DNA of 64,000 nt, taken from positions 416,001 through 480,000 of the forward strand of contig JBBCGK010000001.1 of the NCBI GenBank assembly GCA_037200965.1. The letters run 5' to 3'. Below, piece after piece: positions 18,686 through 27,944 of the stretch. The notes beneath the pieces are model-generated. The model did no database searches, was not told the DNA's origin, and saw only the letters and a program-made list of their open reading frames with translations. The stretch is from a bacterium. Lineage in GTDB: Bacteria; Patescibacteriota; Minisyncoccia; Phycocordibacterales; Phycocordibacteraceae. Made by a program: the position numbers and the translations under genes. Every line of letters starts with the position of its first letter. Positions within the stretch are counted from its first letter, which is position 1.

Positions 18686-19628
18686 TGGCCATCGTGTGTG
18701 GCATGCCGCACGGGCATGCCGCTCATATCGCTATGAGGATCGGACTATATCATCACCCACCAATACTGATGGGGCTCGGCGTGTAGTCTCTGAGGGGTCA
18801 AAGTATATATTCCGATGATCAGAAGGAAGCTTGTACCTGAAACAGGGCAGGATGTAAGGGGCGACGGTTCTTGTAAACGCGTCGCGTCCTTCTTTCCCGA
18901 TATACAGTTTCGGATACCGCTTCCCGCGGCACAGCGACAAATAGGTTTTTGCCGCGATGCCGAATCTCTCTAATAACAGCGCTTGCAGTCGCTTCACCTC
19001 CGATTCCGTGAAAGAATCAGTACTGATGTGGTACGCATAATGGGATTTTGCTCGATAATCGAGCCTCCCATCATCCATGAACCACACCGCGAGCGTGAGC
19101 GGCGACCGGAACAATTCGGTGATATTTCCAGGAACGACCTTCTCGCGTCCCGCGTAGAAGATTTTGCGCATGTCTTCGAGGTTCTCGAAGAAACGCGTTC
19201 CGAAATACCACTGTTTCGTATCCGGTCTTTGCTTCGGAGGAGTTTTGACGAGATGCGCGAAGTGACTATAAAGCCACACTACATACTCCTTTCGTTCCTC
19301 CGATTGCTTTACCTGCAATCGGGTGCCTCGATAGCCGTTAAACTCGAGATTTCCATCTCCGAGCATGAGGCCTACGAGCACATCCCGTTGTTGCTTCGAG
19401 AGCGCACAGATCATCTTCACAATTATACTCGACTTCCCTGCTGATTGTCTCTTGGGATCTGATTTTGATTTCAAAGAAATCTAAACCAGACGCAGTCCAC
19501 AAGAGAGTTCCAGCATATAGCCAAGTTTTCGATCTCGATTTCTCGAGAAAGCTGCACGCGGTAACGAACGGTTCGTGAGAACCGTTCGATTTGCTCCAAT
19601 GCGCAGAGCCACCTGCGCACGTGTACAG
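18686..19628 (-). mobile_element. 16S rRNA intron (about 940 nt) just 5' of the 515 region
   Basis: The exon stops after ...AACTCTGTAC near 19629 and resumes at GGCCAGCAGGAGCGG near 18685. Confidence 0.7.
18731..19474 (-). CDS. LAGLIDADG homing endonuclease (two-motif monomeric type), intron-encoded
   Basis: Motifs LVGLMLGDGNL and LAVWFMDDGRL; 247 aa. Confidence 0.7.
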   Translation of the reverse strand: MKSKSDPKRQSAGKSSIIVKMICALSKQQRDVLVGLMLGDGNLEFNGYRGTRLQVKQSEERKEYVVWLYSHFAHLVKTPPKQRPDTKQWYFGTRFFENLEDMRKIFYAGREKVVPGNITELFRSPLTLAVWFMDDGRLDYRAKSHYAYHISTDSFTESEVKRLQALLLERFGIAAKTYLSLCRGKRYPKLYIGKEGRDAFTRTVAPYILPCFRYKLPSDHRNIYFDPSETTRRAPSVLVGDDIVRSS

Positions 19629-20209
19629 AGTTAGGAGCCCCTTATTCCCCGGGTACCGTCAATTACTTCGTCCCCGGGAAAAGCTGTTTACGTACCTAAG
19701 CACTTCGTCCAGCACGCGGCGTCGCTCCGTCAGGCTTGCGCCCATTGCGGAATATTCTCGTCTGCGGCCTCCCGTAGGAGTATGGGCCGTATCTCAGTCC
19801 CATCGGTGGGGGTCAGCCTCTCAGCTCCCCTAAACGTCGTAGCCTTGGTGAGCCATTACCTCACCAACTAGCTGATATTACGCAGGTGACTCCCGGAGCA
19901 ATAAATCTTTACTCTCGCGAGACCATCGGGAATTACCCAACCTTTCGGCTGGCTATGCCCGACTCCGGGGGATCTCCCTGCGCGTTACTACCTCGTTCGC
20001 CACTGCCCTTGCGGGCCGTTCGACTTGCATGACTTATCCACGCCGCCAGCATTCATCCTGAGCTAGGATCAAACTCTCATTAAGAATAGGCGGAACAAAA
20101 CAAAACATAACTTACAGGTTTTCTTGCACCCCCAAGACCGTGCCGGTCCTGGGGACTTTATTCGTATGTCAGAGAGCAAATAAAACCGGCCCCCTGTGGG
20201 GCAGGTAAA

Positions 20210-20245
20210 GCCATACTATAGGAGGGCGGGAGGGGCGTCAAGAGG
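20210..20245 (-). promoter_or_regulatory. putative 16S rRNA promoter (TTGACG-17-TAGTAT on the minus strand)
   Basis: The reverse complement reads tcTTGACGcccctcccgccctccTATAGTATgg, about 110 nt upstream of the 16S 5' end. Same architecture as the 23S promoter. Confidence 0.45.
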
Positions 20246-20338
20246 CGTTTTGATGGGCGTCGTAACGAACCGGAGACCCTTTGGACAGGCCTTAGCGCTT
20301 ATGGTATATCTGGCCCAGATCCAACGGAGATTACGCAC

Positions 20339-20824
20339 ATGGGAACTCGGGTAGCCGACATGGCCAAGGCCATGGGAATGTCCTATATAGACCTGAACCG
20401 CCGACTCTTTCCAGTCAACGCTCCCGCCAGGCTGGTGCCGACCATTGAAGAACTCGAGGAGGAACTGGAAGAATCTGAGACGATGGGCGAGGTCGCGTAC
20501 GTCATAAACGAAACGAAGCCCGGAAGCCCCCTCAGGCACCGGGCAACCCAGAAACACTATGCGCTCTGGATCAAAGCCCGTGACGAAGCGCGCACGATTG
20601 CTGAGTGGTACGAAGTGCATCGCTTCGCGCGATTCGACAAGCAACGCGACGCTGCCAGGGCCAAGATCGACAATATCTTCGAGTCGAAATTCAATGCGGC
20701 AGACACTCTCCCGAAACTCATGGAACTTTGGGAAGCGTTGCCGCGGAAGAGCAGGACTTTCGGCTATCTGCGGACACGCATGCTCTTCAAGATCGCCGAA
20801 TACTACCAAGATGAAGGGGGATGA
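20339..20824 (+). CDS. hypothetical protein
   Basis: 161 aa with ordinary composition. Preferred over the overlapping minus-strand ORF 20216..20809. Co-oriented with the downstream pyrH. Confidence 0.4.
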   Translation: MGTRVADMAKAMGMSYIDLNRRLFPVNAPARLVPTIEELEEELEESETMGEVAYVINETKPGSPLRHRATQKHYALWIKARDEARTIAEWYEVHRFARFDKQRDAARAKIDNIFESKFNAADTLPKLMELWEALPRKSRTFGYLRTRMLFKIAEYYQDEGG

Positions 20825-20949
20825 ATCTTTGAAAGGGCCTGCGGAAACGCGGGCCCTTCACTGTTTCCCTTATAAAACGATTCTTACCTCCGACAAGTTG
20901 CATGCGGCGTTGAAAAGCGTATGCTGGTTGAAGCCGTCAAACCTTACCT

Positions 20950-21642
20950 ATGAGCGCATCACCGCGGGAGCGTGTTGTCGTGTCTGTCGGAGGGTCTCTT
21001 ATCGTCCCTGAGGGGATCGATGCTTCATTTCTCGCGCGCTTCCGCGAGCTTATTCTCAAAAAGATTTCCGAGGGCTTTTCTTTTTATATCATCACGGGCG
21101 GCGGGAAGACCGCGCGCAGCTATCAGGAAGCCGCGCATCTTGTTCGCGGCGATCTCCCGCGCGAAGACCTCGATTGGCTCGGCATCCACTCGACCAGACT
21201 CAACGCGCACCTCATGCGCACGCTTTTTCGCGAGCAGGGGCACGCGAAGATCGTAAAGGATCCGACAATGGTCCCTGAGGAAAGCCCGGTTATCATCGGT
21301 GCCGGATGGAAGCCCGGCTGGTCGACCGACTATTGCGCCGTGCTTGCGGCAAAGGCGCTCGGCGCGAAGCGCCTCGTGAACCTGTCGAATATCGACTACG
21401 TATACGACAAAGACCCGAGGAAATTCGAGGGTGCGAAGAAGCTTGAAAAACTATCCTGGAGCGAGTTCCGAAGCCTTATCCCTGCCGAGTGGGATCCGGG
21501 GCTCTCTTCCCCGTTCGATCCGGTAGCGGCCAAGGAAGCGGAGGCGCTTGGTCTTGAAATCGCCATCATGAACGGCGCGCGTCTTGATGAATTTGAAAAC
21601 TATTTAGAAAATAGGAACTTCGAGGGAACGGTCATTTCATAA
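20950..21642 (+). CDS. pyrH: uridylate (UMP) kinase, short / archaeal-type
   Basis: Amino-acid-kinase fold: VVVSVGGSLIVPEG...FYIITGGGKTARSY...IIGAGWKPGWSTD. Confidence 0.75.
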   Translation: MSASPRERVVVSVGGSLIVPEGIDASFLARFRELILKKISEGFSFYIITGGGKTARSYQEAAHLVRGDLPREDLDWLGIHSTRLNAHLMRTLFREQGHAKIVKDPTMVPEESPVIIGAGWKPGWSTDYCAVLAAKALGAKRLVNLSNIDYVYDKDPRKFEGAKKLEKLSWSEFRSLIPAEWDPGLSSPFDPVAAKEAEALGLEIAIMNGARLDEFENYLENRNFEGTVIS

Positions 21643-21683
21643 CGAAACGGGCCGCTTTCGCGGCCCGCAAGTTGGGGAAGACC

Positions 21684-22580
21684 TTAGTGATATAGGAATG
21701 AGGAATCCGACATCACGACCTGTCCGAGCGACAGGTCTTTGACCCATCCCGGCATTTCAGTCCGATGCTCATGCACGAGCGCGGCGAGGCGCAACTGCAT
21801 GCTCGCCTCGGAACCTGTGATTTTCTTCTCTTCGATCTCACGCAGCACTCGGGCGATCTTGTCGGCAAGATACGGCGCAAGCGCTCCGGTAAACACGTTG
21901 AGCTGCATACCGGACCTGTCTCTGGTCTCTTGCGGGCCCAATGCCTGATAGTGCGTCGCAAGAAGTCCCTGGAGCGATGCGTTCGGCTTGAGCCTGAAGT
22001 CGACTGAAACGAGAGCATGGATGGTATAGCCCCCGTACCAGGCAACTGTGACCGGTACAATAGCGGAACGGCGCCAGACCGGCACCGGGACGCTACGTAC
22101 TTCCAGGCGTTCGGCCTGCACGATCTGCCCCGGCAAGAGCATCCGGCCATCGTCGGTTATCCGCACATACCCAGGAGCGGTACCGAGCAGATGTCCGCCT
22201 TGGTTTATGTAGAGCGCCGCCGCAGTCGGCATGAGGGCGAGCAGCGTGAAGACGCTCAGCGTGATCGGGATAGCTTCGTCGGTCGCTTCGTAGAACCAGT
22301 ACAGCGGACCGAAGTATTTGCGCGTCTTTCCTGTCCAATCATCTGTCCACACGAGAATAAGCGCGTAGGCACTGAGACAGATAACGCCGCCCGCCGACAC
22401 CCAGATCGGCGTCCATTCCCAGAACGCGGCATTGTCTTCCATGGCGCTCACCCCATAGGCGTCCAATAGATACAGGGACGAAAAAAGAAAAGCGGCGACA
22501 CTCACGGCGAAACCGGCAGCAATAAAGGCGGTCCGGCCCAGCCAGTGTGGGAGCTCGAAGCTCCGCGTTGTTGCAGTCAT
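21684..22580 (-). CDS. hypothetical integral membrane protein
   Basis: 298 aa with several hydrophobic segments. Confidence 0.45.
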   Translation of the reverse strand: MTATTRSFELPHWLGRTAFIAAGFAVSVAAFLFSSLYLLDAYGVSAMEDNAAFWEWTPIWVSAGGVICLSAYALILVWTDDWTGKTRKYFGPLYWFYEATDEAIPITLSVFTLLALMPTAAALYINQGGHLLGTAPGYVRITDDGRMLLPGQIVQAERLEVRSVPVPVWRRSAIVPVTVAWYGGYTIHALVSVDFRLKPNASLQGLLATHYQALGPQETRDRSGMQLNVFTGALAPYLADKIARVLREIEEKKITGSEASMQLRLAALVHEHRTEMPGWVKDLSLGQVVMSDSSFLYH

Positions 22581-22666
22581 TGGATTATCCTCCGTAACGA
22601 GCTTGGTTGCCTAAGGCATTATAGCAGATAAACGTGGCACTGTAAAACGACGACGTCCACTGATCG

Positions 22667-23218
22667 TTATCTTGAAACTTCCGAGAGGATCCGGTCTATC
22701 TGCTTATGAAGCTCTTCGAGCGTGCCGTCGTTGGTGATTGTAAAGTCAGCCGAATCAATGACGGCACGGATATTGTGCTTTGCCGGATCGTTCGATGCTA
22801 TTTCCCGCTCGTTGTCCTCGACAAACTTCTCAAAAGAAACCTGATCGGTCTCGGTTCCCCGCTTCCGTATACGTTCGTAGCGCGCTCTGACATCCGCGTC
22901 CACGCCCAGGATTATGGCCCCGTGCTCCCGGAGGAAATTCGCCTCTCCGAGCGTATGCAATGACTCGATGATAACATCGGCTCCGTACGATTGCGCGCGC
23001 TTCAGAAGCTCTCCCGTGATATATCCGGCTCCATGTTTCGCGCGTAAATCGTTCGCGACGATGCTCAGATTATCGCGAACGCGCGGAAGGCCCCGGCGAT
23101 CCACTTCTTCCCAGAGAAAGTTACGAACCGAGAAATGTGTAAATCCTTGTTCTTCGACCAAGTACTCGACCACCGTTCCCTTCCCCGCCCCGAGCGTCCC
23201 GGCGATACCGAGAATCAT
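22667..23218 (-). CDS. P-loop nucleotide kinase family protein (dephospho-CoA-kinase / dNMP-kinase-like)
   Basis: MILGIAGTLGAGKGTVVEYL (Walker A); 183 aa. Confidence 0.55.
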   Translation of the reverse strand: MILGIAGTLGAGKGTVVEYLVEEQGFTHFSVRNFLWEEVDRRGLPRVRDNLSIVANDLRAKHGAGYITGELLKRAQSYGADVIIESLHTLGEANFLREHGAIILGVDADVRARYERIRKRGTETDQVSFEKFVEDNEREIASNDPAKHNIRAVIDSADFTITNDGTLEELHKQIDRILSEVSR

Positions 23219-23221
23219 GGG

Positions 23222-24130
23222 CTATTTCTTCGCGAACCGGTGCGCGAGCGGGATAAGGAGCGGGGCGGAGCGGCAGATGGAAGAGAACGTTCCGGCGACG
23301 ACGCCGACGAGCATCACGAGCGCGAAGTTGACGGTCACGGGCGCGCCGAAGAAAACGAGTGCGAGGAGTGCGAGCGCGACCGTGAGCCCGGTATTGATGG
23401 AGCGCGTCATGGTCTCGTCGATCGACTTGCCGATCGTCGTCTCGAACGATTCCTTAAGCCCGGTCTTCTCGTTCTTCGCAAGGTGCTCGCGGACGCGGTC
23501 GAAAATGACGATAACGTCGTTCACGCAGTACCCGAGAAGGGCAAGAAGGGCGACCACGAAGAGCGAATCGACTTGAGCGCCCGTGAAATGGCACAGCGCC
23601 GCGAAGAAGCCGGTCGGCACGATGATGTCGATCGCGAGCATGGCGACGACGGTAAGACCGTAGGTCCAGCCGGGGACCGGAGGCGGGACTTTCCGGAACG
23701 CCCAGGCGATATAGAGCACGATGGCGAGGACGACCGCGAGGATGGCCCAGATCGCTTTCTTGCCAAGCTCGGTGCCGAGAGCAGGCCCGACGCTCGTGAA
23801 TTTGTCTTCGGTGAACTCCGCCGTGCCGCCAAGGGTAAGCGCGGAAAGGACTGCCTCGTGTTCCGCGGGAGTGAGCGTCCGGGTACGAAGCGTTACGCCC
23901 GTCTCTCCCGACTGGCGGAGCGATATTTCCCCGAGCGCGACCCGGTCGGTAACGCTCTTCTTAAGCACGTCGAGCGAAGGCTCGGACGTGGTGTACGTGG
24001 CCTCAAGGAGCGACCCGCCCGTGAAATCGATGCCGAGCGGAAGACCGAAGAAGACGATGGCGCCGAGCGCGGCGGCAAGGATGACTCCGGTGATCCAGAA
24101 GAACAGCGTGCGATGGTTGACGATATACAT
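23222..24130 (-). CDS. secF: protein-export membrane protein SecF
   Basis: MYIVNHRTLFFWITGVILAAALGAIVFFGLPLGIDFTGGSLLEA...; adjacent to secD. Confidence 0.85.
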   Translation of the reverse strand: MYIVNHRTLFFWITGVILAAALGAIVFFGLPLGIDFTGGSLLEATYTTSEPSLDVLKKSVTDRVALGEISLRQSGETGVTLRTRTLTPAEHEAVLSALTLGGTAEFTEDKFTSVGPALGTELGKKAIWAILAVVLAIVLYIAWAFRKVPPPVPGWTYGLTVVAMLAIDIIVPTGFFAALCHFTGAQVDSLFVVALLALLGYCVNDVIVIFDRVREHLAKNEKTGLKESFETTIGKSIDETMTRSINTGLTVALALLALVFFGAPVTVNFALVMLVGVVAGTFSSICRSAPLLIPLAHRFAKK

Positions 24131-24133
24131 ACG

Positions 24134-25435
24134 TTATTTGCGAAGCCCGCTACCAGTAAGAAAACGCCATGCCCCCGTGTTTGCTTCGGGCAGTATCGCA
24201 AGCAGGAAGATGCGCGAGACGGTGACGGCGGAGACGAGCGAAGCGATGACGCCGAGCGCGAAAACGAGCGCGAAGCCCTGGATGAGGCTCGTTCCGAGCC
24301 AGAAGAGAATCACCGCGGAAATAAGCATCGTAAGGTGGCCGTCCCTGATCGCGGGCCACGCGCGGCTGAAGCCGATGTGCGCGGCTTCGCGGGGCCCCTT
24401 CCCTTCGCGAAGCTCTTCCTTGATGCGCTCGAAGATGAGCACGTTCGCGTCGACCGCCATACCGACCGATATGATAAGCCCCGCGATGCCGGAGGCGGTA
24501 AACGTGACCGGAATGAATTTCATCACGGAAAGGACGAGCGCGAGATAGCCGACGAGGGCAACGTCCGCGACCAGGCCCGGAAGACGGTACCAAAGAAGCA
24601 TGAAAACCGCGACCAGGAGGAATCCGACGATGCCGGCAAGCACTCCGGCGGTAATGGCGTTCGCGCCAAGAGTCGGCCCCGCGGTGTTCGAACCGATAAG
24701 TTCGATCGGGACCGGAAGCGCGCCGAAGTTAAGGTTCTGCACCAGGCTCTTCGCTTCGGTCGCGTTGAACTTACCGGTAATGGTTGCGGTGCCGCCCGGA
24801 ATCGCCTCCTGAATGACGGGCGTCGAAATCGGCGAGCCGTCGAGGAAGATGCCGAGTATGTCGCCGACGTGCTCGCTCGTGATTTTCTCGAAAAGCTTCG
24901 CGCCTTCGTCGTTGAACTTGAGAAGGACAATAGGGCTTCCAAGCACGTTGCTTGCGCCGCCGTTCCCGAATTCAAGCGACGCATTCGCAAGATACTGGCC
25001 GGTGAGTCCGGTCGAGACGAACTCGGTCGTCGTGCCGACCGTCTTCTGGAGCCGGAATTCGAGCACCGGCGTCTTGCCGATCGCGTCGACCGCGGCCTTC
25101 ACGTTCGTGACGCCCGGGAGATCGACGATAAGGCGGTCTTCCGCCTGGCCGTTGAGGGTGCTCGCCCGCTCGGTCTGGACGAGGGGTTCCGCGACGCCGA
25201 AGAGGTTCACGCGGCGCTCGATAACCTGATGAAGCGACGCGAGGGCGCCCGGGCGGCTTGCCTCAGCGATCGAGGCAGTATCCGCCTTATAGGTGAGTTC
25301 GGTACCTCCCGCAAGGTCGAGGCCGAGCTTGAAGCGCCACGGGGACTCGGGATTGGCCTGGGTCGACCAGACGAACCATATAAGCGCGGCTCCTATGATA
25401 AGGAGCCCGATGGCGGCAAGCCGATGATGCTTCAT
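24134..25435 (-). CDS. secD: protein-export membrane protein SecD
   Basis: ...LGLDLAGGTELTYKAD... and the RND-like C-terminal TM bundle; 433 aa. Confidence 0.85.
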   Translation of the reverse strand: MKHHRLAAIGLLIIGAALIWFVWSTQANPESPWRFKLGLDLAGGTELTYKADTASIAEASRPGALASLHQVIERRVNLFGVAEPLVQTERASTLNGQAEDRLIVDLPGVTNVKAAVDAIGKTPVLEFRLQKTVGTTTEFVSTGLTGQYLANASLEFGNGGASNVLGSPIVLLKFNDEGAKLFEKITSEHVGDILGIFLDGSPISTPVIQEAIPGGTATITGKFNATEAKSLVQNLNFGALPVPIELIGSNTAGPTLGANAITAGVLAGIVGFLLVAVFMLLWYRLPGLVADVALVGYLALVLSVMKFIPVTFTASGIAGLIISVGMAVDANVLIFERIKEELREGKGPREAAHIGFSRAWPAIRDGHLTMLISAVILFWLGTSLIQGFALVFALGVIASLVSAVTVSRIFLLAILPEANTGAWRFLTGSGLRK

Positions 25436-25495
25436 GATGGGCCTAGTATAAGGAATTAGGGGCCGGATGCAACCGCATCCGAACCAGGTGGAATC

Positions 25496-25765
25496 TTATT
25501 CAAAAAGATCGGCATGGGTGCCGGTGCGGTGGAGGATAATACTGGATTCCGTGACGGCATAGACGAGGAGCCAGTCGGGTTCGATATGGCATTCGTCGGT
25601 TCCTTTCCACTCCCCTTGAAGGGGGTGAGGCTTGTAGTCCGGGGGAAGGCTGCCTTGAGCCGCAAGCAAGCGCGTGACGGCCACCATCTTCTCTCGATCT
25701 TTCCCCCGTTTTAACTGACGCCGGATATCTTTCTTGAACCGGCTTGTTTGAAGAAGAATCCTCAT
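25496..25765 (-). CDS. yafQ: type II toxin, YafQ/RelE family
   Basis: MRILLQTSRFKKDIRRQLKRGKD...DYKPHPLQGEWKGTDECHIEPDWLLVY. ATGA overlap with the upstream antitoxin. Confidence 0.7.
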   Translation of the reverse strand: MRILLQTSRFKKDIRRQLKRGKDREKMVAVTRLLAAQGSLPPDYKPHPLQGEWKGTDECHIEPDWLLVYAVTESSIILHRTGTHADLFE

Positions 25766-26031
25766 GCGCGCATAGCGCGCAACTCCTTCTCCCATGCATC
25801 GAACGATTTCGGCTTCAGCAGCCCGCGGCCCTTACGGGCATCGCGGATGACTTTTGCGGTTTCGGCGTTGGGGATATTGGTACTGAACGGGAGTCCTTGG
25901 TTGAGGGTTACTTGCGTATAGAAGAGCGTAACGGCATCCGTCGGGGAGAGGCCGATTCTCGAAAGCACCGCCTCTCCCCTGCGCTTGAGCGAGGGTTCCA
26001 TGCGGGCTCGTACCGTTGCGGTTTTTGCCAT
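25762..26031 (-). CDS. dinJ: type II antitoxin, RelB/DinJ family
   Basis: MAKTATVRARMEPSLKRRGEAVLSRIGLSPTDAVTLFYTQV...; translationally coupled to yafQ. Confidence 0.65.
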   Translation of the reverse strand: MAKTATVRARMEPSLKRRGEAVLSRIGLSPTDAVTLFYTQVTLNQGLPFSTNIPNAETAKVIRDARKGRGLLKPKSFDAWEKELRAMRA

Positions 26032-26069
26032 ATGCGCAGTGTAGCCCATTTGGGCTACACTTGCAAATC

Positions 26070-26882
26070 CTAAGAGTATTCGGCGAGCTCGATAACGTTC
26101 TCAAACAGTTTCGCAACGGCGACCGGACCCACTCCTCCCGGGACGGGCGTAAAAAGAGAACATTTTTCGGCACCCGCCGGATCGGCATCTCCCCTTATAA
26201 CGCCGCCGGACTCGGAGGTGCCCGCATCGATAAGGATGACTCCCTCCTTGATTATCTCAGGCTTCACAAGCCCCGCGGAACCCGCGCCCGCGACGATAAT
26301 GTCCGCGCCGGAAAGCATGCGCGCGAGCTCTTCCGGAGCCGTTTCGATGGTCGCTATGGAAACGTCCGCACCTTGGCGGTTAAGCCATGTCGCAACCGGA
26401 GCGCCGACCAGCCAGCCATTCCCTATGACTACAGCCTTCTTCCCCGCTATCGATACGCCCCTCACTATTTCCGCGACCGCGCCGACGACCGGCGGCAGGA
26501 GCGCGCCGTCTTCTCCTCTTTCAAACCGCGCCCGGGCCGCGGACGAAAGCACGTCAGCGTCTTTTTCCACAGGAATCGCGTCGAGTACCGCCTGCGTATC
26601 GACCGTGGCCGGAAGCGGAAGCTGTACGATGAGCGCGTCTTCCGTAGCGGCCGTGACCGCGGCGATGAGCTCGGTTGTGGTCGCGGTCTCCGGGAGCGTC
26701 TGCACGATCATCCCGATACCGGCCTCCGCGGCGCGCTTTTCTTTGATCTTAAGATACGACGCCGTCGCGGCATTGCCCCCGCAGGCAACCACGCGAAGCG
26801 TCGGCATGCGTCCGAGCTGTTCGGAACGCGCTCTGGCGCGCGAGAGTATATCCGCTGCGAGTCTCTTTCCGTCGAGAATCAT
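26070..26882 (-). CDS. folD: bifunctional methylene-THF dehydrogenase / methenyl-THF cyclohydrolase
   Basis: Start at MILDGKRLAADIL (ATGA overlap with the upstream stop). ...VIGNGWLVGAPVATWL... and ...PVPGGVGPVAVAKL... Confidence 0.8.
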   Translation of the reverse strand: MILDGKRLAADILSRARARSEQLGRMPTLRVVACGGNAATASYLKIKEKRAAEAGIGMIVQTLPETATTTELIAAVTAATEDALIVQLPLPATVDTQAVLDAIPVEKDADVLSSAARARFERGEDGALLPPVVGAVAEIVRGVSIAGKKAVVIGNGWLVGAPVATWLNRQGADVSIATIETAPEELARMLSGADIIVAGAGSAGLVKPEIIKEGVILIDAGTSESGGVIRGDADPAGAEKCSLFTPVPGGVGPVAVAKLFENVIELAEYS

Positions 26883-27943
26883 TTGTGGCGGCGCGCGCTT
26901 TCGGGCACGAACGACTCGTACGCGCCGTTGGTGTAATAGAAGGCGTCGAAGCTCGGGTAAGCATATGCATATCCGAGTTCCCTCGTAACTTTCGAGCCGT
27001 CGACCGCGATGGGATACGAATAGCTTTTCCAGGCCCCCTTGCCGGTCGGAATCTTCCCGCGCGAAAGATGCCAAAATACGAAAAACGGGAAGCGCACCAT
27101 CCACGGATATACGGGAAGCAGCCGCTTCCCCACCGCCTTCGCCATATCGGGCCCGAGAACAACCGGACCCGGAGGGCAGATATTGAAGACCTCGTATCCC
27201 TTGACCGGTTCGCCAAACGCGAGACGCTCGACGATACCGACGACGTCGTCCTCGTGTATGAACTGCCGGAGCCACTTAGGCGTGACCGGAACAAAGGAAA
27301 CCATGCCGGAGACGAGACGATAGGCGAAGGAATCCTTGAGCTGCCCCGAAAGCGCGGCCTGAAGCCCGAACCGGATACGCATGAACCGCCCGCGGGGGCC
27401 CGTGATGGCCGCGGGGCGCACGACGGCGACGTTCACCCGCTTATCGCTTTTCGCATATTTCTCTTCGAGATGCTCCTCGGCAATCCTCTTCTCTTCCGCA
27501 TATAGATAGTCCATTTTTCGGAACGGCTCGTCTTCCGCATACCGGTGTCCGGTCGAGTTGTCGGGATACGCGCCATAGGAAGCGACGGTGGAGAAATGGA
27601 TCAGGCGCTCGACCGAAGGTTCGCCGAGCGCGAAATCGAATACCGCGTCGGATCCGTCGATATTCCACTTCCACGTAAGCGCATGATCGCCGTACACCTC
27701 CCGTATCTGCCACGCGGTGTGGATCACGATATCCGGCCTTTCCGCCCGCGCCCGCTCCTGCCAGGTCCCGTCGGAAGTATTGGCCTCTATATAGAGAAGC
27801 TTCGGTTCCTTGGCGAGCAGTTCCGGAAGCGGTTCTTTATCGACGCCGATGATGCGTCCGATGTCCTCGCGCTTCGCGAAGCGTTCGACGAGCATGGCGC
27901 CTACATACCCTGCCGCCCCGGTGATGAGTATCGTGCGCTTCAT
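26879..27943 (-). CDS. NAD-dependent epimerase/dehydratase family protein
   Basis: MKRTILITGAAGYVGAMLVERF (Rossmann); 354 aa. Confidence 0.7.
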   Translation of the reverse strand: MKRTILITGAAGYVGAMLVERFAKREDIGRIIGVDKEPLPELLAKEPKLLYIEANTSDGTWQERARAERPDIVIHTAWQIREVYGDHALTWKWNIDGSDAVFDFALGEPSVERLIHFSTVASYGAYPDNSTGHRYAEDEPFRKMDYLYAEEKRIAEEHLEEKYAKSDKRVNVAVVRPAAITGPRGRFMRIRFGLQAALSGQLKDSFAYRLVSGMVSFVPVTPKWLRQFIHEDDVVGIVERLAFGEPVKGYEVFNICPPGPVVLGPDMAKAVGKRLLPVYPWMVRFPFFVFWHLSRGKIPTGKGAWKSYSYPIAVDGSKVTRELGYAYAYPSFDAFYYTNGAYESFVPESARRHK

Positions 27944-27944
27944 A

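Noticed and set aside
20216-20809. 197-aa minus-strand ORF overlapping the 20339..20824 plus-strand ORF
   Set aside because: The plus-strand frame has a more protein-like composition and is co-oriented with the downstream pyrH. The choice remains uncertain.
23135-25459. 774-aa ORF on the plus strand (R/D/E/G-rich)
   Set aside because: Antisense to the well-supported secF and secD genes. Low-complexity, charge-rich composition is typical of spurious long ORFs in GC-rich DNA.
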